A stretch of 64,000 nucleotides of DNA from Lama glama (Eukaryota). Below, piece by piece: positions 12,136 through 26,429 of this stretch. The stretch is taken from the NCBI GenBank assembly GCA_028534125.1, contig CM052817.1, positions 43,650,001-43,714,000 on the forward strand, written 5' to 3'. The position numbers were made by a program, and so were the translations under genes. A model generated the notes under the pieces. It worked only from the letters and a program-made list of their open reading frames with translations. It had not been told where the DNA came from and made no database searches. Each line of letters begins with the position of its first letter. The stretch's first letter is position 1.

Positions 12136-15100
12136 TATAATAGTCTGCATTGTATACAGGTAAGATCAGTTGTATACAAACTGTATGAGTTCCAAGGAAG
12201 AAAAATCTGGTGGGTGACCCCAGATCTCCCTCTTCCCTATATGTCTGCAAAGATTGTGTTTCCAGACTATCTCTTGTCCTTGATAGATTTATACTAAATA
12301 GTCTTAAAATTATTTTGCACATTAGGGAGCAAACATGTTAAGATTACAGTGGCCAAGACAACAACTGTAGTGAGTCTGGTGCTAGCTTGGCTCATGTGCA
12401 ATGCGGTAGCCTCTCATGGGGCTTCTGTTCAGATTTATTCCTCAACATCTTATTTTCACCTTGTGTTTAATGTCAAAGTTGTCACAACCACTCCTGGAAG
12501 AAACTGGAGTAAAATATTGAATAAAAACACTGTCACAGTTCCATAGAAATATAGGAGGTTCTAGCTGAGAGCACTGAGCTAACTGAGCTCTGAGCATGGA
12601 GGAGGCTACTTCCCATGGGGGGTGTTCCATTCCAGTTGATCCCAGCAAATGCTGGGGATGGGAAGGTGTAGCTGTCTCGCCTGTCAAGGAGAGCTTAGCT
12701 CTTCCCTTCAGCATTACTGATCAGCAAAGCTAAAGAGTAGAACTGCAACACACCACTTCTTCCCTCACCAGGCCCATCTCTTTATTCTGTCCCCAAGCCC
12801 CCATCTCCACTCTATCTCCATATCCTAGGAGGAAAAGAGCTAAGAGAAACAGTTGTATCTACACAGAAAGACCAAGAAGGTCACCTGCCAAACATGGCCT
12901 CTCAGAAGGCAAGAGAGAACTAAAAAACTTAGTTTTTGAGACTCCAAGTACATAAAAAAATTAGAAAAAATTACTAACAATGTCAAAGGTTTTATTTAAC
13001 AATTAAAATTGTTTGATGAATGTCTTCTTCTCACACCGTCTCTGTATCCAAGAGTTAGTGACTACTGGAGACAATATAAAAGGTCTGAATACTAAAAGTC
13101 CCCTCCTGGTCTTTAGGCTGGTTTCACTGGCTTTCCTGAGTGCCCTTTGAGCCACTTCCATAGGCCCTGGACCCCAGGTACTTGTTTTTGCCTTTCTGTG
13201 TCTTACAGGGAGAAGCAGAAAAAGCCATTCATTGGGAAGTCGAGCTGCTTCCCATGTCTCTCTGTGTGCTTCAGAACAGGCAGAGGTGGGTGCTGGCATA
13301 TTCTAGATGTAGAAGATAAAGACACACACAAACACACCATGATCTCCAAAAGTGTTCTGTTATTCTATGAATAGGAGGCAAATCTAGATATGTTTTCACT
13401 TTGCTTTAAAGAATAGGAGAGTTACTCAATGTTCAACTTCTGTGCTTGTTTCTCTGTTAGGTGAAACTATTTTGCTCTATTGTCCCCTTCCCTCAGATCC
13501 TATACAGGGGTGAGTGTACTCATTATATGGTAAGAAATTTAGATACGTCTGACTGAGAGAAATCTGTAGTACTATGGAAATCTTCCTAACAGTCCTCACT
13601 GCTTTATGTATTTGGTTTACACAGCGAATTTCTATTAGATTTGCTTTTTTAAAAAGTCTTTTTCCCATTCTTTCAGCCTCTTCTCCAACTTTCAGCTTTT
13701 ACTTTAACTACACTGTTTAGCTAGAAGTTAAAATGCCTCTGTGAAGGTGGTACCCAATGCCATCTTAACTTGGAGCAGTAAGGAGAATTTGTAGAGTCGT
13801 TCAGTAAAGTTCACACTCAGTGTGATAATGATCACAGCCAACAAGAATGGAATAAATCCAATTAGCATATGGGTACTTAGAGTTCATTCATTTAATATGA
13901 AGTGACATTTTGATAACTAAAGAATTGAGCCATTAACACTCTCTGGTTACAACCTATCTGACAGATTCTGGGCAAGAACTTCACTAATTGAGTTTTCAAG
14001 GACTTAGGTGAGGATTAGTGATGGGGATGTGGTCCATGCTCTATTTCTCCTGTAAAAAGAGTTTCTGGAGATCCTTTGAAAATGGCTTCTTTTCCAAAAA
14101 GTCACTAAGGAGGTATGTTCAACAGTTCAGAAAAGAAGAAAATTGTTCCAATTTTGGGGTTTCTTTTTTCCTTTTGAAAATCACCATATTCAACCTTGAT
14201 CAAAGAAGCTCAATTGGTTAGAACGTTTTGGAAGTGTGCCATTCAAATTTTAAAATAGTATGGATAAAAATCTGCAATTTTAGGTCTTAGGGCCACTGCG
14301 GTCTAATTTGGGGTATTAATGGAGAGTGGGTTTTATTTGTTATTTTGAGAGGGTCAATGGCTATTTGCAGAGTGAAGCAGACCAATGGATTTTAGCAGAG
14401 TGAACAACTGCACTCCTGAACCCTGGGCAGAGCCCTGCCTCCATGCACACTTGCTCTGCTCTTGTCTTAGACCCTCATTTAGTGTCCTTCATGTTCTGCT
14501 AGAATATCTGGCCAACATTCTCTTTCCTCCATTCTGCTGTCTTATCCTTCTTTCTATAACAAATATGAAAACACAATACAGACTAAAAAGCACTGAAGAA
14601 ATATGTTATTATTACAACTTGAGCCATAATGTTGTCCAAGAATATTAGGACCAGAAATTCTCAGTCAAGGGTTTTCTCCAGATAGACAATTCCAATTTTC
14701 CAGCTCAGGTACTTATTTAAAAAATTCAAAAACACTTTGGATGAAAATGTTAAAAATTATACTCTTATTTTGAAATTATGGGAGAAAAGGAGACCAAACA
14801 AAGTTTCAGGTTCTCATAGATGTGAACATAAGAATATTAAGCAATGGACTTTTTCACTCCTACAATTTTTACCATCTAAACAATTCCAAAACCACTATAT
14901 GACTATGTGTGAAAAAATAAACACACGGACCAAATGTTGAAGCAACAGCAAGCACAGGGAGCCCTAATCCTAAACTTGCCTCTGATTCACAGCATCAACT
15001 AAAACATGTTCTTTCACAAATGCTTCTCAGCCTCTCCTTTTGTAAAGAAACAGTCACATTTGTTGGGTCAGCCAACAGATCTGTGGAATAAAGGCCCTAT

Positions 15101-15319
15101 ATAAAGCAGTCTTATAACAATTTCTCTTTTTAAAAAAATCAAGTTAACCATGTGGAAAAATTAAAGGACGCTTATCCATATTAAATTGCCCCAATAGCCA
15201 GGCTAAGCACTTCAGCAGCTCTTATATTCCACCAAAGATTTACCAGTAGCTTCTCCTCCCTTCTCCAGCATAGTCTTGCTTTAGACTAGCAATAGCCTAA
15301 GGTGGAAAGACAGTGAGCA

Positions 15320-15705
15320 TCAAAGCCAGCATTTCTTGACTACATTCCCAGTGTTGCCCCTTCACAGCGCATGTGATCTTCAGGAGACTCTCTAGCCTCA
15401 ATGTTCTTAATGGTACAATAGGGATAATACTAGCCACACCTTGATGATGGTTGGAGGAAGAGATGGGACAAGATGTATACACACCAGGAGCCAGGATCAG
15501 CTACATAATTTGTGGGGTCCAGTACAAAGTGAAAACACAGGGCACCTTGTTCCAAAAGTACTAAAAATTTCAACATGGCAACAGCAGAGCATAAAACCAA
15601 GAGCAGGGCCCTTCTGAGGATGGGACCTGAGTGACTGCATGGGACCTGTGAAGCTACTCTTGCCCAGAGGCATTGAAAGTACTCAATAAATGATAGGTAT
15701 TATTA
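15320..15705 (+). mobile_element. MIR interrupted by MER45A
   Basis: MIR core before 15490; MIR tail 'tactcaataaatgataggtattatta' after 15662. Confidence 0.6.
15492..15662 (-). mobile_element. MER45A (hAT-Tip100) MITE
   Basis: Reverse of MER45A consensus: 'gctacataatttgtggggtccagtacaaagtgaaaac...aacagcagagcataaaaccaagagcagggcccttctgag'. Confidence 0.8.
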
Positions 15706-16539
15706 AAGTATTTACTTTGATACAAACTTTTAACTTTTCAGAGCGTTTTAGGAGAGAGGTGGTGTTCCCAATGGGCACACAACCGTCAGAGAGTATAGAA
15801 ATGTCATTGAACAACTGCTGGAAAGCCACTGAATATCTCTAAATCGTCTCATATTCAGAAGAGAGATTGATTCAGAGAAGTGGTTTTCAAACTATGTTTT
15901 GAAGCTATGCTCTGGAGAATCCTTGGAGTACCCTCAAGGACACAAAGGGCAGGCAAAGAGAGGGCAAGTCAAGTATTTTACTTGAAACAGAGTGACTGTG
16001 TTTTCTTACCCTCATTTGAAAAAATGAGCTACATGAAAACTACTAGATTTGTGGAGCTTGCAGTCTTTCCAATTTAAAGTTCTATGCTCTATTTCTTGCA
16101 GTATCTTTGCAGCAACCTTAAAAGTAGAAGGACAGATAACATCACCTCCATTTAGTAAAGAACACACAGAGTGCACCACCATCTTATCTACGGTTGCATC
16201 ACTATCCAAGCCCTCCCCCCACCTTCTCAACACCAGTTTCCTTCCTGGGCTGCCTCTCTCCTCTCCAGTCTCTGGATATTATGTTCTTCTAAGGACGTTT
16301 CCTTTGTAGTTTCTCAAGAAACCCAGCTCCCTCTGAGGTGACCTCCGTGTTGATGTGACTGCAGCAGAAGAAGGAAGAGGGCTATAAAATGAGATGAATT
16401 AGAGGTCAATTCAACACGATAATAAGCTATTTCCACCCAAACTGTCTCTCATTTAGACCCAACATCTCTTTCCTAAACCTGGAATTCCCTTTCTTCAACC
16501 TTGCTCCACAAAGTACCTAACTGCTATTGGTTCTTTCAG

Positions 16540-16752
16540 GTAAGAGCTCACACTACAGAACCACACAGCCTGGGTCTGAATCCCCACCCCACCACATTCT
16601 CACTGTGTGACCTGGAGCAAGAACCTCTCTGGCCAGAGTTTTCTCATAGGATTATTATAAAAGACTAGATGAATGCATATATATAAAACACTTGGAACAG
16701 TGCCTCGAACATAGTAAGGGCTATAGAAGTGTATACTGAGTAAATGAATAAA
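16540..16752 (+). mobile_element. MIR SINE
   Basis: 'gcctgggtctgaatcccc...ctgtgtgacctggagcaag...cttggaacagtgcctcgaacatagtaag'. Confidence 0.8.
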
Positions 16753-17811
16753 ATACATGTTTTATTTACCTCCTACCACATGTGCTTCTTCACTGCCATC
16801 TTTTAAAAGGTTAGCCAAAAGGATTTCTCAAGTGGAGGGGAGAGCTGGAATAGGGGACAAGGACAGGAGGTGTGCTCAGAGGCTGCTGTCATTCCTAAGA
16901 ACACACCTCCCATCACAGCCATTATTTCTGTCTGGAAGGGCCAATTATAGAAGCATTCCAAATTTACTTGTCCTTACTCCCACATTTCACACCATCCCCT
17001 TTCAAGTACCGAACACATATGTGATGAAGTAAAAATAAGTTACTGAGACCACCCTCAACTTACAAATGACCCCAATGCACCAACGCCACCTCCTTCATTG
17101 CCCCATGCCACTCCCCCATTCCCAAGTTGAGACCTGGCTTGCAATGCCAGGGGAGCCCTCATGAACTAACGTGACAAGGAGATTTGTTTTTAATCTGTGG
17201 ATACAGAATTAGAAAGGGAGGAAATTGTACAAAGGAGAGCAGGCTGATCCCAGGAGAAGGAGCTCAGTTAGGACTCTCCTGTTAGTGTCCCCCCACCAAC
17301 CACCACCACCACAGAAAGGAACACATTTCAGAGGGCTGGAAATATTTTACTCTACTTGCTTATATACAGACTACATTCCCACATTAAGAGATTCATTTGA
17401 GTTCAACTCTTGTTTTTAAAATAGGACATTCACTCAACAATAGAAACTGAAGTAACTGCCACGCTGTCAGATGCTATTCTTGGCTCTGGGAGTATGCTGG
17501 CCACTGAACAAAGTCTGTGCTCCCTGGAACTCATATTTAGGGAATTAAAGGGCCATCAGGTACTCACATTTTAGTATGTGTGGTTACATATTTCTTTATT
17601 CCTAACTCTATCTGGAGCAGAAGGAGCAGGGAGCACTTTGGAGAGAATTCAGATTCATCCTGAGCCAACACATTGAAGAAGAGGGTTATAGCAAGGAGAA
17701 AATTGCGGAAGTGTGAAAGAGAACAAAAGGTAAAAAAGGACTAAAGAGTAACTTCTATCTTTACATTTTTAGCCTAAAGCCAAGTCTACACTTCCCACAC
17801 CACACAGTCCC

Positions 17812-18165
17812 TGCACAAGTCTGCTAGGGCTGCCACCCAGACTGTCACAGGCTGTGTGGCCTAAATAAAGCAGGTCAGAAGTCAAAGATCAAGGCATTGG
17901 CAGGGCTGGCTTCCTCTAAGGCCTCTTTGACTTTTAGACGGTTGGCTTCTTCCAGTCTCCCCACATGGTCTTCCCACTGTGTGTGTGTGTCCTAATCTCT
18001 TCTTATAAGGACACCAGTCATTTTGGGTTAGGGTCCACTCTAATTATTATTTTGCCTTAATTACCTCTTTAAAGGACCTATATTCAAATACATTCACATT
18101 CTGAGGTACTGAGAGTTACAGCTTCAACATAAGAATTTAGGAAAGACACAGCTCAGCCCATAACA
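17812..18165 (-). mobile_element. MLT1B-like MaLR solo LTR
   Basis: 'tcctaatctcttcttataaggacaccagtcat...cacattctgaggtactg...cagcccataaca'. Confidence 0.85.
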
Positions 18166-19034
18166 GTCCTCCCGCTACTCTTAAGATCAAAACCAAGATA
18201 ATGTAATAATGAGACTTCACCAAGTATTCAATAGATCCAACCAGATTTTATGAACTATTTTGTGGGGAAAATTGGCTCGAACTTCAAAATAAACAAATTA
18301 CAAATAAACTCTTAGAGCTATCAATGTAGTAGCCCATCTGGAAATAGTCTTCTCCCCCCCGCTCACCCCGACACAATGAGGCTTTCATTGTTTGAGTGAA
18401 ACCCAACCGAGTGGGATCTAACCGCTTGAGGGTAGAATTTCTTCTCTTGAAAAAGTTTTGACAGTTTTACAATCAAAATAAGGATCTTTCTGGTCACTTA
18501 GACAGGTTTGAAGCATTTCTTTATTTATAGACATTACATTGCTTTTATGATTGTGATTCTTAATAAGGTCTCCTGGTGAAAAAGTCGGTCACGGGAGGAG
18601 CATTCCTCCCTCTGAACACAGGCTGAGCGTTAATGTCATTCTTTCTGGCTTCATAGGCTTAGTTGGCACATGTGTGACTTAAAACCAAGCAAAATTCCTA
18701 AGTCTAGAACTTAACTTTGGTAAAATTGTTTCATATGACAACCGGAAAATTCTGGCAAGCCTCACAGATGCTTTATCCCTCAGTGGACGACGGCAACAAG
18801 GGGACAGCAAGTATTACTCTCAAGCCCACTGGGTAATTCTAGTTTATTATCTAGAAGCCTTACAATTCCGTTACTTTAAAAAATGGTGCTCTCGGTTATA
18901 AGTAGACTGCTAAATCACTCTACGGAAATGCATACATTCTTTATACCTGCGGCTAATGCTTTGTAAATGCTGAATTGTAGAAACTAAACTTTCCCAGGCA
19001 CTTGAAGGTTTATAAAAGGCAAAGCAGACTGACC

Positions 19035-19400
19035 TTAGTGTCTCAGTCTGGGCTCTACTACCCTCAGTGAAGCCTTGAAAAAGTTCCTTACCTTCTCCAC
19101 ACCTGTTCTCCCATAAAATGGAAACGGTGCCTGGAAGCTACCTCATGGGGCTCTGGAGAAGACAACGAGTGATGGACGCATGCAAAGCACTTAACAAAAT
19201 GCCGAGTGGGTAAGCATGTAGTAAACTGCAGTCACAATTAATATTAGTGGTACACAGGCTTCATAACAACCCTGTGGAACACGTACATACTATCACATCC
19301 ACTCCCAGAATGAGAAAACGGGGACTTAGAGAAGCTGTCACTTGCTTAAACCCAAATAACCAATAAGGAACATTCTCTAACTCCAGACCTTGGAATTTAC
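19035..19400. mobile_element. Two MIR fragments in opposite orientation
   Basis: MIR core on + at ~19040-19240 and on - at ~19260-19400. Confidence 0.6.
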
Positions 19401-19979
19401 ATGAAACCAAGATGAACTGCAGGTGCTGATGAAATGTTTTTAGATAGACTGACATTTGCACCTTTGCCCCTCCGCCCAACCTCATTTTCACTAGCCTTTC
19501 ACATCTATGTTAGCTTCCAAAAGCTAACTGACATAGATGTATAAGTAAATTATTCATGGCTTGTATCAACTATAGACTCTAAGCAATATCTACAATATCT
19601 ACTAGTAATCAATACAGGGACCTCTCAGATATGTGTAGTCATTAAAGAAACTAACAACTGTGTTTTCACTGTGAAAATTAATTATTGCCAATTTCAGATG
19701 GTAAACAAATTGTTCAAATGAAGGTAAATGTTACCTAAAGATGTTGTTCAATGTGTTCTTCCAAAAATATTTCAGGGAGATTTCAGGAAACAATATGTGG
19801 TCACAATTAAAGTTTTTAATTTGAAAATATGAAGAAAATTAAGAATAGTATCTATCTCTTATTGTTCGATCTTAGCCAGCAATTTAATATTAACTGGTGA
19901 ATTTCAAAAAGCATACATTAACATTTAAATAAATAAATAAATAAATATTCTATAACAAACACTATACTAAATATATTAT

Positions 19980-20150
19980 CTCTTTGGATTCCCCACAACT
20001 GCCCCATGCAGTAAGTACTATTATTATCCCATTTTACAGATGAGGAAATCAAGGCATAGGAATTCTGTAACTTGCCCAAGGACCAACAGCTACTAGATAA
20101 AAGAACCAGAATCTGAACTTCATTCATCTGGCTCCAGGGTTTACACTACT
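19980..20150 (-). mobile_element. MIR SINE
   Basis: 'attattatcccattttacagatgaggaaatcaaggcatag...aacttgcccaaggacc'. Confidence 0.85.
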
Positions 20151-20906
20151 AAGCAGTACTTTATACTGAATCAAGTACTCAACTAACAGTATATAAACAG
20201 GTTCTGTTAATGGGCTTGAAAACAGTCTGTTTCCGTGGGTTAACCAATGACTATGCAATAAGCAACTACATTTTTTCTCAATGCAAGGTCAAATCTCAGC
20301 TCAGCAAAATTTCCATCAAAAAAGGAGCGTTCCCATCACATAGTTCACATTAGAACACTCCACGTTATTAAGATTCTATTATAGATAAAAGTCAGAAAAA
20401 ATCCAACTTTAAAATATTTTCTGCTAAAGATTCAAACATATATTGAATACAATATAGGAGGAGAAAAGAATGTTGCATGTGGCTTTAAGCCAGCTTGCCC
20501 CAAAAAACTCGCTGCTACTTCAAACAAGCCAAATATGTAACTTAGAGCACTTGCCATCGTTTTTATTTTTAGAAAATTATGCAAAATCCACTGACCTCAC
20601 TTTTCATCTTTTCCCTAATATGAAAGATGTTGTGTGACCCAAAGTTCTTTGGAAATACATGGATGATATAACGACGGACCACTGCATGTTTTCCTAATTT
20701 CACTTTTACGATTGCAAAAATCCCCTTGGTTATTCGTATATAATTTTACCTATTCCTTTCACACTGATGTGTTTCTAACTGCATGGTGATTCCTAGGTCA
20801 CCTGCTGTGACATCCCAGACTGGTCATCAAGGCCGAGGATGGGGTAAGGACAGGGGAGCAGACTCCAGAAACAGATGAGTTGTGATGCAGAGCTCACTCT
20901 CATTAC

Positions 20907-20964
20907 CTGCAATATCATACAGCATCTATTAAAACCGACTTCTGAGATTGCTGCTTGTGGTAAC
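20907..20964 (-). other. Candidate 5'UTR exon (58 nt; 72 nt if the upstream AG at 20979 is used)
   Basis: attttcagttatttctgttaag|GTTACC...TTGCAG|gtaatg in repeat-free sequence. Confidence 0.5.
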
Positions 20965-22382
20965 CTTAACAGAAATAACTGAAAATATATGCTTTGCAAA
21001 CAGAATTTCTCTAAATAGAACACTTTTAAATTGGTCCTTGGGGTGTCAGAGGATTTTTTAATTTTGTCTTCATAACCGTGTTCTTTCACAATTCACTGGC
21101 TTTCCGTCTTCAGATGCTAATTTCTTTTTCTACTAGAAAAGTTAATAGGCACCTCCACTTACAGCAGATGGTTCTTTATAAAAAAAATAAAAATAAAAAG
21201 TTGGAGAGCATCTGGCCAGATATATCAGATCTGGTGGTTCACATTTTAAATACCTGTTATTCTTGATTTGATTTATTCAGACAAAAATAATTTTAATCCT
21301 GGTAACAATCTTCTGCTCCTCTGAAATATAAATAAGGTTTTTATGGGAATAGATATTAAATATAATCAGTTGTGGTATGAATACTGTTTTTCTTTTTCAA
21401 TAAAAGCAACATGCCCTAGTCAGAACAGCTGCAAAAATAGAAATTCACTTCGATTTATACTTAGCACTTTCTATCTTAGCTTCTAGAAACCCTGGTTAAC
21501 TCCCTTCCATTACTGCAATGTTTATTTTTTCATAGCTCCTGCACAGGCATTTGAGCTTTAAGCTGGTCCTTGTGGTATTTTTCCATTTCAGACTAACTTT
21601 ATCGTATCTTGAATGTTTCTCAATGCATATCTAATTATTCTTTTTTTGAGAGAGGCTCCTTCCTTTTGGCTGCTCCTGAATTAAGATGGGAGTATGACCA
21701 CAACCTTGGCTTTGGAATTTTCCTGGGGTGAACCAGTGCTGTCAATAAAAGGGGTGACTATGAATGAAAATGACACATACCTCACTGTAATCTTTCATGG
21801 ACACCCAGCTACACAAAAAGTAAGTTTTTTCTTTCACAAACCATCACTCAATAAACAACCCTTCTGTGGTCTGCAGCTTCCCCTCTGTGCACACAGGTCT
21901 GGTCCTATGTATGAGAGAGAGAGGCTTTGCCTGCTTTGTGTGGAACTGCAGGAGTTACTCTGAAGTCTTCTGATACCTTTTAGTCTATGATCTATGCATG
22001 CATCTGATGGTGACAGAAGTGCAAGGAATAACACACTCTTTATGGACCATCTCCACTGTAAGGTCCTTCCAACCCGCCTCCCCCGGCTCCCCACCACGGT
22101 CCACTGAAGACCCAGAAGAACAGCGTCACTGCCATTGATGAAACACCCACCACATGCTAGTCCTCACAGTAACCCACCCTACAGAGCAGGAACCTGAGGT
22201 TAGCAAGGAGTAAATAAGTAATGCATGTAAAATTGCTTTGTAAGGAAGCAACATTACAGGATCTGAATTCAGGTCCATCCTGAAGTCGCTTTTTTCTACC
22301 ACACTGTACTTCTCACCACCAAACCACTGACAGAATGAGAAGAACTGAAAACTCCAGAAAGATTAGCCAGGGAAGTGCTTAC

Positions 22383-22466
22383 CTCTGAGCCATCCAAGCC
22401 TCAGATCCCAAAACTGAAGCATGTATGATTTTTAAAAATAGATCTGTTTGAAAAAGCCAAGCCCTT
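22383..22466 (-). other. Candidate cassette exon (84 nt)
   Basis: tttttgcttttcag| ... GAG|gtaagc. Confidence 0.3.
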
Positions 22467-22599
22467 CTGAAAAGCAAAAATGATCAAAGCCCACTGGAAA
22501 AGTCCAGCATTACTAAAGAGTAAAATATATTTTGACCCATTCACTCCCCGGAGCCACAAGGGCCCTTCAGAGCACAGTAAATTCCATCTCTGTAGATAC

Positions 22600-22890
22600 T
22601 GGTGTGGTACCGAGACGTTTTAAGCAGAAGAGTGACATGAGATTCATCTATGAACTAGATCTCTCTTGATGCTGCATAATCTGGATTTGAAGGGCACAAG
22701 ACTAGAGGGTGGGGGTCATGTTAGAGACCACTGCAGAAATCAAGCTAAAAGTTAATGGCGGCATGGACCTAGATCATGACAGTATCAACAGCAGGAAAGA
22801 GAAATTCAGAAGTAATATGAAAAGTTAAATGACCAAGCATTTGTGACAGATTAGAGGGGGTAGTAGGAATGAGAAAAATCAGTCTAAACC
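22600..22890 (-). mobile_element. L2 fragment
   Basis: 'tttaagcagaagagtgacatgagattc...agatctctcttgatgctgc'. Confidence 0.55.
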
Positions 22891-24599
22891 AATTTAAATG
22901 GATGTCACTGTTTTGAAGAGCAATGAATATAGCCCCACCTAAATGCAAATTTAAACCCCAGAATGCAAAAATCCCCCCAAAATAATCTTTAACTGCTAAA
23001 GTTTCTTCTAACACCCCAATTTAATTATTTTTAACAATGTAGTTATTTCAAGTTTTACTGTGAATTAGGCTCCTGCTAAATATTAATATCCATGATTTAT
23101 AAACTACAAATTTATCCTTTATGCTTCACATAATTATAATCTTGCCATTTCCAGAATTATGCTCCTTTTGGAAGTTATACATTTGAAAATTATGCTCAGT
23201 TAATGTACAAAAGGATAAGCGGGGCCATTCTGCACAATGACAGCCTTTATATCAACTAGAGGAAAAATGCTTTTCTTCATTTGTCGACTTCTAGAAAAAA
23301 TTTCCCATGGCATTTGTTCTCCTAATGACAATGGGAAAATCATTTTTTGCAACACACAGCTGCACTTTAGGAACAGCGTGGATTTATAACTTCAAAGATT
23401 CTGAGCATAGATGAGTTAATGGTTTGAGGGCCATTCATTAACTGAACTCGAAGATGAATGAGAAAGTGGCAGAGTTTAGAAAGGCCTCTTTGGCCCTCAG
23501 AGCCCGATTCTGCACTCTATCTACCACGATAGTTTGTAAGTCAAGTTCCAAAAATAAGAGAAATTTTTTTTCAATAGAAAAAACAGCTTGAAACTTAGCA
23601 TAATTTTGAGAACTTTTTACTTTCCTGTAGTCGAACAATCAACTGACTCAAATTCCAGAGGTGTTCAAAACTTTCTTCTTTAGCATATAGTTTAGTATTA
23701 GAAACTGTTCAGTACATTTAAAATGTTCTCTCCACCAAGTGAATTAGCTTCCTTCTAATTTGGAACTTAAGACTTTTGCTTTCTGCATGTTCATAAATCA
23801 CTGTTCATGTTTTGCTTGAGTATAATGTTCTTATACGACATAAACTCTGCCCACTCTATGTGCACCCACAATTACTTGAAGAATGAGGAAGCACAGCTTT
23901 AGGGTCAATTGGTTCTGAGTCACAAGTTTGCAATGCCATGGTCTTCAATGACATTTGTTACACATTGTCAACGTGGCTGATTCCAAATAAATTTTGAAAA
24001 AATGAAGTTTGAAGGGCCAGATCCAATGTATATTTCCTCCTATCTATTGTGATAAGAAGCCCAGTTGCCTGGCTACCTTCATAATATGTGTTCTCCAGGT
24101 GGACCAAAGGAGAAGTCAGATGACCTGGAGTTTGTATTCCAGAGTCAGAGACAAATTAAAAACTTGGAATTCACAAAACAAAAGCAATTGAAAGTCAAAA
24201 TAAAGGATCCACATGTAATTCAAAGGCAAGGCCCCTTCGGTCCCACCAATTTGTGACTTGTGTTAACATACAGTTACTTAAGCCCACTAACAATTCTCAC
24301 CTGGCTCATTTCAGGTGCCTCTCCATCCCCCTTCTTGTGTCTAAGAGTCCCCAGGAGAGGGTGTGGGGACAGGGACCCAGGGGGAAATGCCTTACAAACA
24401 GGCAAAGCTACTGCCTCCAGCTCTGTCATCACTGCCTGGCTGCTGCTCTCTGACTTTCAATGCTACTGTCTGTTCCTTAGACCCGCAAGTTGGTGGTCTT
24501 GACATTTCTCTGGAAGTCTTCAGATGTGAGTCACAAAAAGACCAAGTACAAGTAGTTAACATTTCTCTAAAAAGAGAGAATTAAAAGACCAATACTGAT

Positions 24600-26423
24600 G
24601 GGCAGGAAGGGTGAACAGACAGTGCATAAAAGAAATGTAAATGGCCCTTAAATATATGAACACAGAAATGCTATTAAAATTATGCTGAGTTACCATTTCT
24701 TACTCATCAAATTCAAAAGTTTAACATAATTACTCATAAAAGAAGAATCATTTCAAGTGACCTTAAAACACAGAGGCTTGACTATCCATAGTGGAGTACA
24801 TTCTAAAGACCAAAAAAATCTTAAACTATTTTCAGGAATCATATTGATCAATTCAGTATCAGTTTTACTCATCTGAAATTATTACAGATATGGAGTAGCC
24901 CTAGTAGTGTATATATGTAATTACACTAATGTCACTGGGAAACAAGCTTTTCAAAATAAGAGAAAAGACACAGTGAAAACAAAATACTCCTAAATTTGAA
25001 ATGGAATTAAGTATAAACTCCTGCTTTATTTTCTCCTTAAAAAGAAATATGTATTTCCTAACTCTGCCCACTGAAAGGGCCAGGAAACAATAATCAATCC
25101 AGGAACAATAAGCAGTTCTAAGCACCTAGAGTTTGGTCCCTGAATACGACTTCCCACTAAAAGGAACCAGAGCTCACTGAAAAACCAGCTGACTCTAGAC
25201 TGAGGCAGGAAATGTACACCATGCGGATGGAACATCTTTTATCCTAGAAGTCAAGGAATTTGTCACAGTGTACGGGGGTCTTGTCTAAAGGACTCAAAAG
25301 CAAATGTAAAGATGTTCTCGCTACCCAAAGATGGAACAAACTGAGCAGTAGAAGGAATATCACCAGCAATGAATTGCTACACCTCCAACATGTTAAACAT
25401 CCATGAATCCACAATAATACAGTTTTAAAAAGTCAAAAAGGGGAAATCTCACTGGTCCCCTTTGGTGAATGCCAGAGAACCAATCATTATTCTGAAAACT
25501 GGTAAATAAAAGAGAAAAAAGCAACCAAAATTTTACCCTGCTTTTCCTCTCTGAACTGTGCCTTAAGGGTAACCAGATACATGCTACAGGGAAGCTTTAT
25601 CTTTTAGGTGGAGTTGAGCTCACAAATGAGGAAGCAATGACAGAATTGGAATATCATTATTTTGCTAAAGTCTAATAAAATTTGAGATCCAAGTTATGGT
25701 CACTGACAGCTGCTAACACTATTAGGTGAAAAGCTGATAGATAACTCAGTCAGACCGATAACACCTGAACCTACTTATCACTCTTAACATCACAAAAAAG
25801 GGATAAGCATGCACTTCTTGATGAAAGTAGTTTTGTTATCTAAGTTAAATTCTTGCAAAAAAAAAAAAAAAAAGAGGGAGAGAGAGAACCTGAGTGAGTC
25901 AACAGTTTAACCAGGAATTTACAGACAACACTAAGGACAGAAAAAATGTTAAATGACACCACAGAAATGCACTCAGAAAAATCTGTAAAGTAGGACAGAA
26001 CAGGACAGAACTTCAACAAATAAACTGCAAGGCAAAAAAGGTGGATATGCTTAAAGATTAAAAGAGATGGGTAGACTATATTTGTATCAGGATTTAAACA
26101 ATCCAAATATAAACAATAACCCATGAAAAAAATCAGGAAAATTTGAACACTGACAGGATAGTTGATGGTACTAAGAAATTTGGTCAAATTTTAAAGCATG
26201 ATAACAGTATTGTGATTATAAGGTTGTTTTAAACTATTGTCATTTAGTGATACATACTATCATATTTCCTAATGAAATAATCCATTGGGTAAATGAACAG
26301 AAGAAGACAAGTTTGGTCAGGAACTGATAATTATTAATACTGGGTGATGGAAACATAAGGATTTATTATACTAGTCTTTCTGCTTTTGTATATGTTTGAA
26401 ATTTTCTTAAGTAAAAAAAAAAA
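24600..26423 (+). mobile_element. Old L1 (L1MC/L1MD-type) 3'UTR
   Basis: 'cccactaaaaggaaccagagctc...', terminal 'tgggtgatgg...ttttgtatatgtttgaaattttc' plus A tail. Confidence 0.75.
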
Positions 26424-26429
26424 AGATTT

